A program made the position numbers and the translations under genes. Positions 41,794 through 51,403 of a DNA stretch of 64,000 nucleotides are shown in pieces. The DNA is from Escherichia phage ST2. The DNA lies in the sequence record OM982647. One strand, written 5' to 3'. The first letter of the stretch is position 1. Every line of letters begins with the position of its first letter. The notes under the pieces are model-generated. The model saw nothing but the letters and a program-made list of their open reading frames with translations, was not told the origin of the DNA and ran no database searches.

Positions 41794-41809
41794 GGAGGCC
41801 GAAGCCTCC
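41794..41809 (-). terminator. UUCG-tetraloop stem-loop after the 121-aa ORF
   Basis: Minus strand GGAGGC-UUCG-GCCUCC followed by UUUGAGG; 10 nt after the stop at 41819. Confidence 0.5.
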
Positions 41810-41818
41810 ATTTTAAGA

Positions 41819-42184
41819 TTAGATATCGAATTCGTTAAGAACTACATCAAAGATTGCTTCGAGATGTTCAGGTTTAGCTCGGTTACTCAGGATATGACGA
41901 ATCCAAGTTTTAACCAGAAGTTTACGATTAACACCATTCCAGCAAGGATGAGTACCTAAATCACGTTGACGGAAATCGTCATCTAATGCAATTTTGAAGT
42001 TGGAACCTTCCATCGTGATTGAAACCGTGATGCCGTTTTCAAATCGCATATAAACGTAATTAGGAGTCATGCACTGTTCGATTTCACAAACTGAACCGTT
42101 ATTATGCTTCCATAAGCAAATAACTTCAGAAGAACCAGCGATACCGTTAGAAACATATTTACGTTCGAAGTTGGTGTAGTTCAT
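41819..42184 (-). CDS. hypothetical early protein (121 aa)
   Basis: ATG start with GGAGAA Shine-Dalgarno and own early promoter; no recognisable family. Confidence 0.6.
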   Translation of the reverse strand: MNYTNFERKYVSNGIAGSSEVICLWKHNNGSVCEIEQCMTPNYVYMRFENGITVSITMEGSNFKIALDDDFRQRDLGTHPCWNGVNRKLLVKTWIRHILSNRAKPEHLEAIFDVVLNEFDI

Positions 42185-42225
42185 TTTATTCTCCAGATGT
42201 TTAAGTTGTTTGTTGGTACAGGTCT

Positions 42226-42254
42226 ATAATAACATAACCTGTACCAAAGTAAAC
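42226..42254 (-). promoter_or_regulatory. T4 early-type promoter for the 121-aa ORF, -10 bracketed by a 9-bp inverted repeat
   Basis: Minus-strand GTTTAC (42249-42254) - 17 bp - TGTTATTAT; GGTACAGGT (42215-42223) and ACCTGTACC (42237-42245) flank the -10. Confidence 0.6.
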
Positions 42255-42258
42255 ATTT

Positions 42259-42630
42259 TTATTTGATTTTTGTCCACTTAGCTGAATCAATAACACCTTT
42301 TGCTTTAATCTTCTCAATTAATGACTCTGCGCGATTTCTGGCGTTTTCGTACCATACAACATCTTCAGAGTAACCAGTTTCTTCATCTTCGTAAGTTTTA
42401 GAACGAATACAGCCGTAAACTGTAGAATTCAGGCGGTAAATTTCACCAGTGAAAAAGTTTTCGATTTCGATATGATAACAAAAATCGTCTGAAGGGCCAT
42501 CAGGAGTTGTACAATAAACCACATCACCTTGAACTGAACGAACCATCCACTGTAACTCGTTAACAACTTGAGATTTATATCCATCATGGTCGCGGCATTT
42601 AATTGTAGCATTTAAATTGATAGTGTTCAT
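42259..42630 (-). CDS. hypothetical early protein (123 aa)
   Basis: ATG start with GGAGAA Shine-Dalgarno; early promoter-like sequence upstream (GTTTAC at ~42697). Confidence 0.6.
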   Translation of the reverse strand: MNTINLNATIKCRDHDGYKSQVVNELQWMVRSVQGDVVYCTTPDGPSDDFCYHIEIENFFTGEIYRLNSTVYGCIRSKTYEDEETGYSEDVVWYENARNRAESLIEKIKAKGVIDSAKWTKIK

Positions 42631-42736
42631 TTTATTCTCCGGTTGTTTTATTGATTAGGTGGTACAAGTCTATAGTAACACATCCTACAGGAGAGTAAAC
42701 ATCTTTTTAAACTTTTTCTGCCCTAAACGCACAAAA

Positions 42737-42754
42737 GGGAGACCGAAGTCTCCC
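42737..42754 (-). terminator. intrinsic terminator GGGAGAC-UUCG-GUCUCCC + U-run after the small basic protein gene
   Basis: Same 18-mer as after genes 8, 23 and 32; on the minus strand followed by UUUUGU. Confidence 0.7.
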
Positions 42755-42759
42755 TAAAA

Positions 42760-42939
42760 TTATGCAACAACCTTTCCAAAACGAGAAGCATCATCTCGAA
42801 GAACTGCACGTGCTCTGCGCATGATCTTCTCAACTGTTTGATTAATACGAGAGTTCGACCCACGCTTGTATCCAGCGCGTTTAGAGGTACCATCAACTTT
42901 CTTTTCAACTGCTTTCTTTGCTTTAGCTTGTTTTGCCAT
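42760..42939 (-). CDS. small lysine/arginine-rich protein (59 aa); not in the ORF track
   Basis: ATG 42939 with AAGAGA 8 nt upstream; MAKQAKAKKAVEKKVDGTSKRAGYKRGSNSRINQTVEKIMRRARAVLRDDASRFGKVVA; TAA at 42760-42762 followed 5 nt later by the strong GGGAGAC terminator. The overlapping track ORF 42723..42908 is in another frame and looks non-coding. Confidence 0.5.
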   Translation of the reverse strand: MAKQAKAKKAVEKKVDGTSKRAGYKRGSNSRINQTVEKIMRRARAVLRDDASRFGKVVA

Positions 42940-43152
42940 TATAAATTCTCTTTAAATGAAAATGCAGGACTTATTGACATTGCCTGCGCAAGCCCTCAAG
43001 GGGAACATAGGTTTTGAATATTTACCGACAGGATAACCATAAACCCGTCATCATACCAACCACGACTTAGACAGATAACCTTTTTCTGACGCGTGATAGT
43101 ACAAAATACATTCAAGAGGTACACCGTAAAACTGCCGGGGTCTTAAAACTAT

Positions 43153-43170
43153 AATGATTCGCAAATCATT
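43153..43170 (-). terminator. stem-loop after rIII
   Basis: AAUGAUU-cgca-AAUCAUU, 33 nt after the rIII stop, followed on the minus strand by AUAGUUUUAAG. Confidence 0.4.
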
Positions 43171-43202
43171 AATCAGACAGTTCGACGGCTCCTCGATTTA
43201 AC

Positions 43203-43451
43203 TTACTTCAGGGTAATAACAAAATGACGTACTGCTTTACGAGCCGCAGAAGCCAAAGGCTTAGCATATTTCAGTTCATCTTTTGCTTCCAGTTCAGAGG
43301 CCAATACAGCTTGGGCAGGGTTCAGATGTTTGAAATAACGCAGGATTTCCAATGCTTCGGCTTCAACATCAATAGATGCACCGTAGTTTTCGTGACCATT
43401 ATTCCATGCGTTTCGTTGCAGTTCAAGAGCGTGTTGTAATTGTTTAATCAT
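43203..43451 (-). CDS. rIII: rIII lysis-inhibition accessory protein
   Basis: 82 aa, same length as T4 RIII (MIKQLQHALELQRNAWNNGHENYGASIDVEAEALEILRYF…). Confidence 0.93.
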   Translation of the reverse strand: MIKQLQHALELQRNAWNNGHENYGASIDVEAEALEILRYFKHLNPAQAVLASELEAKDELKYAKPLASAARKAVRHFVITLK

Positions 43452-43567
43452 TTTAAATTCTCAATTCGAGATAATATTTAGTAGCCACGTTCGTCTGAAT
43501 TTCACCTTCTTTCGACAAGTCTCTCAGTTGTAGGCTACCGCTTAGAAGAGTGTTCTCTTCATATAGT

Positions 43568-43575
43568 TATTTATA
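43568..43575 (-). promoter_or_regulatory. T4-type late promoter (minus-strand TATAAATA) upstream of rIII
   Basis: Plus-strand TATTTATA immediately after the gene 31 stop, 117 nt upstream of rIII ATG; T4 rIII has early and late transcripts. Confidence 0.55.
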
Positions 43576-43908
43576 TCACTTATAAAGACACGGAATAGCT
43601 TTATAGTGGCATGTTACGAATTTCTGTTTAATTTCTTTAGGTTGTTTAAGTCCCAAAGCCACAAATGGATGTGGAACATTTCGAATTTGTCCAACTGGTA
43701 GTGGAGTCAAATCACCGACTTCAACAAAACCTTCAGGAACATCAGGACCTACAGAATGAACTACACATAGTTCAGGAACTTCACCTTGAACACGTTTACC
43801 AATCACAAGTCCTGATTCGGTAACTTCTTCATCACCTGCTTGAGCGGGTTCAGAAACCAGAATAACATATTCACCAACAGCACGAATTGGGAGTTGTACT
43901 TCAGACAT
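43576..43908 (-). CDS. 31: head-assembly co-chaperonin gp31 (GroES analogue)
   Basis: 110 aa; [61 protein letters not shown]… is near-identical to T4 gp31. Confidence 0.96.
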   Translation of the reverse strand: MSEVQLPIRAVGEYVILVSEPAQAGDEEVTESGLVIGKRVQGEVPELCVVHSVGPDVPEGFVEVGDLTPLPVGQIRNVPHPFVALGLKQPKEIKQKFVTCHYKAIPCLYK

Positions 43909-43938
43909 CTTATTTCCTTGTTGTTTGACGATAGATTA

Positions 43939-43964
43939 ATAATACCATACTATTCGTAAAGCAT
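43939..43964 (-). promoter_or_regulatory. middle promoter (MotA box + -10) upstream of gene 31
   Basis: Minus strand aTGCTTTAc - 12 nt - TATTAT, ~30 nt upstream of the gene 31 ATG. Confidence 0.55.
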
Positions 43965-43965
43965 A

Positions 43966-44262
43966 TTACATAAGAAGCAAACGTTCAACCGGAGTACCAT
44001 CAACCGAAATTACTTTATCAAGGCGGAAAGAACGCCACTGACCTAACTCGGTATCGAATGCTCGAACTGATTCACGAGGTTCATAACGAACTTCTGTTGC
44101 CGGATTGTTATTTTCATATTTGACTTCAAGTTCATCGCGCGAAGCAAACATAGTGCGTACCTCGCCGTTAGCCTTTTCAAATACAACACAATGAACGCCT
44201 ACAGACAGAATAGTTTTAATACGTTCACGAAGAACCATAGTTTCTTGTTCAGTTAAAATCAT
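43966..44262 (-). CDS. hypothetical protein (98 aa), 31.1-position
   Basis: ORF-track start 44274 is GTG inside cd; first ATG 44262 lies 1 nt after the cd stop (TAATATG). Confidence 0.6.
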   Translation of the reverse strand: MILTEQETMVLRERIKTILSVGVHCVVFEKANGEVRTMFASRDELEVKYENNNPATEVRYEPRESVRAFDTELGQWRSFRLDKVISVDGTPVERLLLM

Positions 44263-44263
44263 A

Positions 44264-44845
44264 TTATTCACCACAAAAGTTTCGAATTTGTTCCCAATTC
44301 AGAGAACGAAGATTATTACGAGAGTACTGAATTACTTCAATACCAGCTTGTTTTAGAATGTCGGCCCAATTTTCAGGAGATCTGTCATATAATTCTGCGT
44401 ATACAACCTTTTTAATACCTGACTGCGTAATAGCTTTAGTGCAATCAGGACACGGAGAAAGCGTAGTATATAACGTAGCACCTTCAATAGAATTACCTTT
44501 ACGAGCTGCAAACAAAATTGCATTCAATTCCGCATGGATTTCATTATTAGCAGACCATGCACTATGAGCGGCCCGATGTTCTTTAGCCAAAACAAAATTA
44601 TCCACCCGTCCAAATGCTGTAGTGCCTTCTTTATGCCCAGCAACGATGACCGGGCTTGGTTTATTCTTCAACCAACCGTTTTCGGATGCATGTTCGCAAC
44701 AGTTTGTACCACCTGAAGGAGAGCCATTATAACCTGTAGAAATAATGCGTCCATCTTTTTCAATGACGGCACCAACTTTCCATGAACAACATTTTGATTC
44801 TTGAGAAATCAGATATGCAATCTGAAGGTATGTGCTAGCTTTCAT
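44264..44845 (-). CDS. cd: dCMP deaminase
   Basis: 193 aa, same length as T4 Cd; zinc-binding deaminase motifs HAELNAI and SPCPDCTKAI. Confidence 0.95.
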   Translation of the reverse strand: MKASTYLQIAYLISQESKCCSWKVGAVIEKDGRIISTGYNGSPSGGTNCCEHASENGWLKNKPSPVIVAGHKEGTTAFGRVDNFVLAKEHRAAHSAWSANNEIHAELNAILFAARKGNSIEGATLYTTLSPCPDCTKAITQSGIKKVVYAELYDRSPENWADILKQAGIEVIQYSRNNLRSLNWEQIRNFCGE

Positions 44846-45837
44846 TATTGAACCTTATTAATATAAGTTAACAGCTCTTTAGTTTGTTCCCAACTGATGC
44901 ACGCATCGGTAATGGAAACGCCATAGGACATATTATCAGAAATTTTTTGATTTCCTTCATGTAGGAATGATTCTATCATAATTCCTTTGACCAAATCATT
45001 AGCTGCTAAATTTTTACCAATACCAATTTGATTGCTATAATGCCCATCAGCGTTTGCATGGCTACAGTCAACCATTACATAATGATTCAGACCTACTGCC
45101 CTTGCTTTGTTAGAAGCTTCTTGAATATCAGAAGAATGATAGTTCGGGCCGTTGGTCCCGCCACGCAATACGATATGCGTATTCTGATTACCTTCAGCTT
45201 CAACAATGCCTACAGTACCATCGACGTCCATACCCATATACCGATGAGGCCAGGCGGCACTATACATCGCGTCTGTAGCTACTTTAATAGAACCATTGGT
45301 TGCGTTCTTGAAGCCTACGCACATCGGTAGACCTGAAGCAATTTCACGATGTGTCTGACTTTCAGTCGTACGGGCGCCAATAGCAACCCATGAGAAAATA
45401 CCAGAAAGATACTTAATCGTGAATGGGTCTAATACTTCAGTTGCTAATGGAAGTCCCATACGTAGAAGTTTACGACACAATGTTCGTGCAACTATAAGAC
45501 CGTGGTTCATATCAAAACTTCCGTCAAGATATGGATCATTTACAAGACCTTTCCAACCTACGGTAGTTCGAGGCTTTTCAAAATAAACGCGCATCACTAA
45601 CAGAACATTAGGAAGACGAGTTTGAAGTTCAGCCAGACGTTTGCCGTATTCAACAGCAGCAATAGGGTCATGAATTGAACAAGGACCTACAACAATAAGT
45701 TTGCGTGGGTCTTCACCATTCATAATCGAATTAACTTGTTCGCGATGAGAAGCCACTTGTGATGCGTAAGCTTCCGACAAAGGAATAATCTCAGCCAGTT
45801 CTTTTGGAGAAATAAGTTTTCCGACGACAGGTAACAT
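44845..45837 (-). CDS. 3-deoxy-D-arabino-heptulosonate 7-phosphate (DAHP) synthase, class I-alpha (AroG/AroF/AroH-like)
   Basis: 330 aa with the DAHP synthase signature blocks GPCSIHD, VYFEKPRTTVGWKG, IGARTTESQTHRE, HIVLRGG, IESFLHEGNQ, ITDACISWE; AAGGA Shine-Dalgarno 6 nt before ATG; stop overlaps cd start. Confidence 0.9.
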   Translation of the reverse strand: MLPVVGKLISPKELAEIIPLSEAYASQVASHREQVNSIMNGEDPRKLIVVGPCSIHDPIAAVEYGKRLAELQTRLPNVLLVMRVYFEKPRTTVGWKGLVNDPYLDGSFDMNHGLIVARTLCRKLLRMGLPLATEVLDPFTIKYLSGIFSWVAIGARTTESQTHREIASGLPMCVGFKNATNGSIKVATDAMYSAAWPHRYMGMDVDGTVGIVEAEGNQNTHIVLRGGTNGPNYHSSDIQEASNKARAVGLNHYVMVDCSHANADGHYSNQIGIGKNLAANDLVKGIMIESFLHEGNQKISDNMSYGVSITDACISWEQTKELLTYINKVQ

Positions 45838-45957
45838 AACAATCCTTAGGAGATATAAACAGATTCTGATTCAACAATACCTTTAACCGGATTAGACAGG
45901 CTAAGTTGGTAGTGCTCAGATTTATGACCATTCTCGATAGTAATTAGATAGCTCTCA

Positions 45958-46194
45958 TTATAGTGTTCCATATACTCGAGTTGCTTCAACAAGACCATCA
46001 CTGCCTAATTTAAGATTAGTAATTTGGTCACCATCTTTAGGATTAACGATTATGAGAAAAGAACGTGGAGATTCTTGAATAACTCGTAATGTTGCATCCT
46101 GGAAACGTTCAGATACTTTATTAATCAAAGTCTGAGCGAACTCTTTTACTTTAACATGAAATTCTTGAAGCGTGATAGGTTTTTCACTTAACAT
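45958..46194 (-). CDS. hypothetical early protein (78 aa)
   Basis: ATG start with GAGGAAAACAGA leader and early promoter upstream. Confidence 0.55.
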   Translation of the reverse strand: MLSEKPITLQEFHVKVKEFAQTLINKVSERFQDATLRVIQESPRSFLIIVNPKDGDQITNLKLGSDGLVEATRVYGTL

Positions 46195-46253
46195 TCTGTT
46201 TTCCTCATTGTGTTGGTAGAGTCATAGTATCACAACTCCACCATGTTGTAAAC

Positions 46254-46529
46254 TTAAATTGCAAAACATTTAATTTCTTGTGAATCGAAATCAACTTCGC
46301 ACTGAATTACTAGTTCAGCATCAAGTCCAAACACAACAATCACATGAGCCGAGCTGGGCAACAGTGTAACAGACACAGAATCCACTTGGTCAGGCACCAG
46401 CGTATTCAAAACGTAGAGTAGTTCAGAGTGGATCTTAAGCTCGGTAGCCGTGTCCAGCTTATCAAAGAAATGATTTGCGATAATCTGACTAAAAACGACC
46501 TTTACAATTTCAGAATATTTAGGGAACAT
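46254..46529 (-). CDS. hypothetical protein (91 aa)
   Basis: ATG-initiated ORF in the cd-pseT accessory interval. Confidence 0.55.
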   Translation of the reverse strand: MFPKYSEIVKVVFSQIIANHFFDKLDTATELKIHSELLYVLNTLVPDQVDSVSVTLLPSSAHVIVVFGLDAELVIQCEVDFDSQEIKCFAI

Positions 46530-46536
46530 AATTACC

Positions 46537-46761
46537 TCAGTGTACAGTATTTACTTTAACTCGAACAACAAATTGCTCGGTCGGTTCGCCTACAGGAACA
46601 AACTCTACATGATATTCGCCTTTGTAACGAGTATTCAGGTCGTTACGAATTTCGGTAAGCTTGTTGATTAATGTAGAACTCATATTAAGTCCCACTAGTT
46701 TACGAAGCATTTTGTATGCTTCATCTTCGATTTCATGATGTTTATCGCACATAGTTTTCAT
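46537..46761 (-). CDS. hypothetical protein (74 aa)
   Basis: ATG-initiated ORF in the cd-pseT accessory interval. Confidence 0.55.
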   Translation of the reverse strand: MKTMCDKHHEIEDEAYKMLRKLVGLNMSSTLINKLTEIRNDLNTRYKGEYHVEFVPVGEPTEQFVVRVKVNTVH

Positions 46762-46932
46762 TTAACCATTCAATTGCCTGGTCGACGTTATCAAATATAC
46801 CACCGTCCAAACGTTCTTCATACTCATAGTCCAGCACATCAATACCGAACTGTCCATTTACTAAAGGCCAGGCTACAAACAAATATTCTTTATGCTGTTC
46901 GATGGCCTCAATCACTTCATATAATCGTTTCA

Positions 46933-46933
<1 letters not shown>
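46742..46933 (-). CDS. hypothetical acidic protein (63 aa)
   Basis: ATG overlaps the pseT stop by 1 nt (coupled translation); 20-nt overlap with the next ORF. Confidence 0.5.
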
Positions 46934-48019
<1,086 letters not shown>

Positions 48020-48020
<1 letters not shown>

Positions 48021-48319
48021 TATTTTATTCCTAAGAAAGTTTCAAGAATACGAATGTTATGCTCGCGCCGGTCTTTATTAATTTCAGCAACGTTTTTATT
48101 AATTGACGTACTTCTAACGTTTGAAGAAATAAATTTAATCATATGACTTTTGAGTTGTTGCAAATCCAACCCTTTTTCTTTAGCAGCTTTACGAAGAGCT
48201 TTACCTGCTTCATCTAGTGCCTTTGCTGCATCTTTATCATAATTGCCAAGTGACATTCCACGGCAGATATCAATATACTCATCCGACCGTTTGATGTAAT
48301 TCTCTAGTAATGTTTTCAT
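48020..48319 (-). CDS. hypothetical protein (99 aa)
   Basis: ATG start with GAGGAAA Shine-Dalgarno; early promoter upstream (GTTTAC at 48372-48377). Confidence 0.55.
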
Positions 48320-48376
48320 TTAGATTTCCTCAATTATCCATAGGAGCATTATACTCTGCTCCCGAGAGTTTGTAAA

Positions 48377-48601
48377 CTATTTTACTAAAGATTCAATATA
48401 CTCATGAAGAGCTTTAGTCGCTACTGCCCACTTATTCTGATATTCATTTTTCAGATTAGCACGAGACTGAACTAACAAGCGGTCATTAGTCGGAGGCAAA
48501 GATTCTAATCGTTGAATCTGGCGCCCATAAATCATAGCCGCCATTTCAGATTCATAGATAAGCCCTTTAATGTATTCATGCTGTTCTTTAGTCATTGGCA
48601 T
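48377..48601 (-). CDS. hypothetical protein (74 aa)
   Basis: ATG start with GAGGAAAAA Shine-Dalgarno; overlaps the o-spanin gene end. Confidence 0.55.
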   Translation of the reverse strand: MPMTKEQHEYIKGLIYESEMAAMIYGRQIQRLESLPPTNDRLLVQSRANLKNEYQNKWAVATKALHEYIESLVK

Positions 48602-48882
48602 TTTTCCTCTTTTAAACCACTACGATAATAACATATCATAGTCTTCTGGTCATGTACATATCTTTTTACGTCATTTAACCAGATACGAAATTCTTGAGAG
48701 TCTTCAAACGGCATTCCAACCCATGGATTACCATCAATAACCTTTACTTGCCATTTCTGGTTATATTCAACAATAGATTCAGGCCATGACGGATGTAAAG
48801 TTTCTTTAGGGCTTAAGGGCACATCCTGGGCACATCCAGCCAAAATGCCAATAGATAATACAACTGCGGTTAATTTAATCAT
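48592..48882 (-). CDS. o-spanin (outer-membrane lipoprotein spanin subunit), T4 pseT.2 equivalent
   Basis: 96 aa; signal peptide with lipobox (MIKLTAVVLSIGILAGC AQ); immediately downstream of the i-spanin gene, overlapping by 4 nt. Confidence 0.75.
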   Translation of the reverse strand: MIKLTAVVLSIGILAGCAQDVPLSPKETLHPSWPESIVEYNQKWQVKVIDGNPWVGMPFEDSQEFRIWLNDVKRYVHDQKTMICYYRSGLKEEKCQ

Positions 48883-49235
48883 TCTGAGAGCTTCCTGAGG
48901 TCTTCTGCAAAGGAATCGAAGGACTTGTTGATTTGTTTTTCGACCAATCCTGGTTTACTTGCCACCACGTTCTTCTTCTTCGAATCCTTACGGAGCTTTT
49001 CATTTTCGGCCTTAAGTTGGTCAACTAAAACACGGTTCTTATAAGTCATTTCTTCGATTGACTGATATTGAACCTTGAAGTCGTCTAATACTTTAGCATT
49101 GTTTTTAGCGGTCTCTTTGACAGAAGCTAATTCAGTATTCAACGAATCAACTTTGTTGTTTAAGACAACTATTGTTACCGTAGAAACTAGAGCAAAAGCT
49201 GCTACTATAGCATAAATCGGATTTACTTTAAGCAT
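48879..49235 (-). CDS. i-spanin (inner-membrane spanin subunit), T4 pseT.3 equivalent
   Basis: 118 aa; N-terminal transmembrane helix (IYAIVAAFALVSTVTIVVL) then coiled-coil-like periplasmic domain. Confidence 0.75.
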   Translation of the reverse strand: MLKVNPIYAIVAAFALVSTVTIVVLNNKVDSLNTELASVKETAKNNAKVLDDFKVQYQSIEEMTYKNRVLVDQLKAENEKLRKDSKKKNVVASKPGLVEKQINKSFDSFAEDLRKLSE

Positions 49236-49723
49236 GTTTTAATAATCTCAATGATTTCATCTCGGGATAATCCATTGATAAGAACGGTTTTCAAACCATC
49301 ACACTGGATTTTGTACGATTCAAACAATACACACAACTCTTCTGCTGTATGATACGGACTTGAAATTCCGAGGCGGTTGAATTTGTCGGTAAGAGGGTCG
49401 CAAATAATGTAGAATTTTATACCTGCGATATGTACGTTTGGTTGACTAATATTAATGAACACATTAGCGTCATATTTAGTCAAATTGTTTTGAAGAAATT
49501 CTACCATGGCATTAACTGCTTCCGGCATTGCTTCACGTTTCTCTTCAGCGTATCGGGTGGAATACTCTTTTTGTTTTACTTTCTTTTTAAGATTTTTGGC
49601 CAGTGTAACACGTAGGTCAGTAAGATAACCAACTGGACGTCCTTTCTTAAAGACCCGGATTCCGTCAGTTGTATCTCCAAAAGCGGTTACGACCATATCG
49701 TTAGTAATCAATTGCATATTCAT
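49223..49723 (-). CDS. alc: Alc (host transcription terminator on cytosine-containing DNA)
   Basis: ORF-track frame 49223..49786; start set at ATG 49723 with GAGGAG Shine-Dalgarno, giving 166 aa (T4 Alc is 167 aa); position between rnlA and spanins. Identity by position and length. Confidence 0.8.
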   Translation of the reverse strand: MNMQLITNDMVVTAFGDTTDGIRVFKKGRPVGYLTDLRVTLAKNLKKKVKQKEYSTRYAEEKREAMPEAVNAMVEFLQNNLTKYDANVFINISQPNVHIAGIKFYIICDPLTDKFNRLGISSPYHTAEELCVLFESYKIQCDGLKTVLINGLSRDEIIEIIKTCLK

Positions 49724-49753
49724 AATTTTCTCCTCGTGTTGTTGATAAAAGCC

Positions 49754-49783
49754 ATAGTAACACCTTCCTTGGTGTTTGTAAAC
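49754..49783 (-). promoter_or_regulatory. T4 early-type promoter upstream of alc
   Basis: Minus-strand GTTTAC (49778-49783) - 17 bp - TTACTAT, directly after the rnlA stop. Confidence 0.55.
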
Positions 49784-49785
49784 CA

Positions 49786-50919
<1,134 letters not shown>

Positions 50920-50966
50920 TCAGTTAGTTTTTTTTAAATTGTACCACAATCCTTGTGGTGTGTAAA

Positions 50967-51377
50967 CTACTTTTTCTTATGTTGGATATTCCAAGGCGGG
51001 TTGAACTTTTTGATAAAAAGCGGTTCTTCAAGGTCCATTGTTGCGATGGTCATTGAACCAAGTTCGTTGGTGACTGAAAGGTCAAAACATTGGCGGGCCC
51101 AGAATTCAACCTTTTTTCCTTGCATTAAGGCATCCAAAATCATAAGTGATTTTCTTGAATCTGAAGTCTGGTCTTTTCGATTTATGGCTGTTCGATAATA
51201 GTTAATGCGTTTCTTTAAATTCTTGGTTTTACCAATATACACAAGTTCGTCATCTATAGCAATAGCGTATATGACATTTTTCTTATTAGGGACATCAACT
51301 GTTTTAATTGTTGCATCTTCTAATAGCTCCAATTCTGTATATTTAATAAAGGAATATTCGGCGGCAATATCTTTCAT
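50967..51377 (-). CDS. denA: endonuclease II (GIY-YIG family, host DNA degradation)
   Basis: 136 aa, same length as T4 DenA; GIY-YIG-like segment VIYAIAIDDELVYIGKTKNLKKRINYY. Confidence 0.9.
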   Translation of the reverse strand: MKDIAAEYSFIKYTELELLEDATIKTVDVPNKKNVIYAIAIDDELVYIGKTKNLKKRINYYRTAINRKDQTSDSRKSLMILDALMQGKKVEFWARQCFDLSVTNELGSMTIATMDLEEPLFIKKFNPPWNIQHKKK

Positions 51378-51385
51378 AATAAAGT

Positions 51386-51399
51386 GGGACCGAAGTCCC
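51386..51399 (-). terminator. UUCG-tetraloop stem-loop between nrdB and denA
   Basis: Minus strand GGGAC-UUCG-GUCCC, 5 nt after the nrdB stop. Confidence 0.5.
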
Positions 51400-51403
51400 G
51401 TCC

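Noticed and set aside
42723-42908. ORF-track 61-aa ORF (MKRKLMVPLNALD…)
   Set aside because: Overlaps, in another frame, a far more plausible basic 59-aa ORF (42760..42939) that has a ribosome-binding site and is followed by a terminator; the track ORF would run through that terminator hairpin.
45846-45971. 41-aa ORF immediately upstream of the DAHP synthase gene (possible leader peptide)
   Set aside because: No convincing Shine-Dalgarno, no tandem aromatic codons as expected for an attenuation leader, and it overlaps the end of the preceding 78-aa gene; probably not translated.
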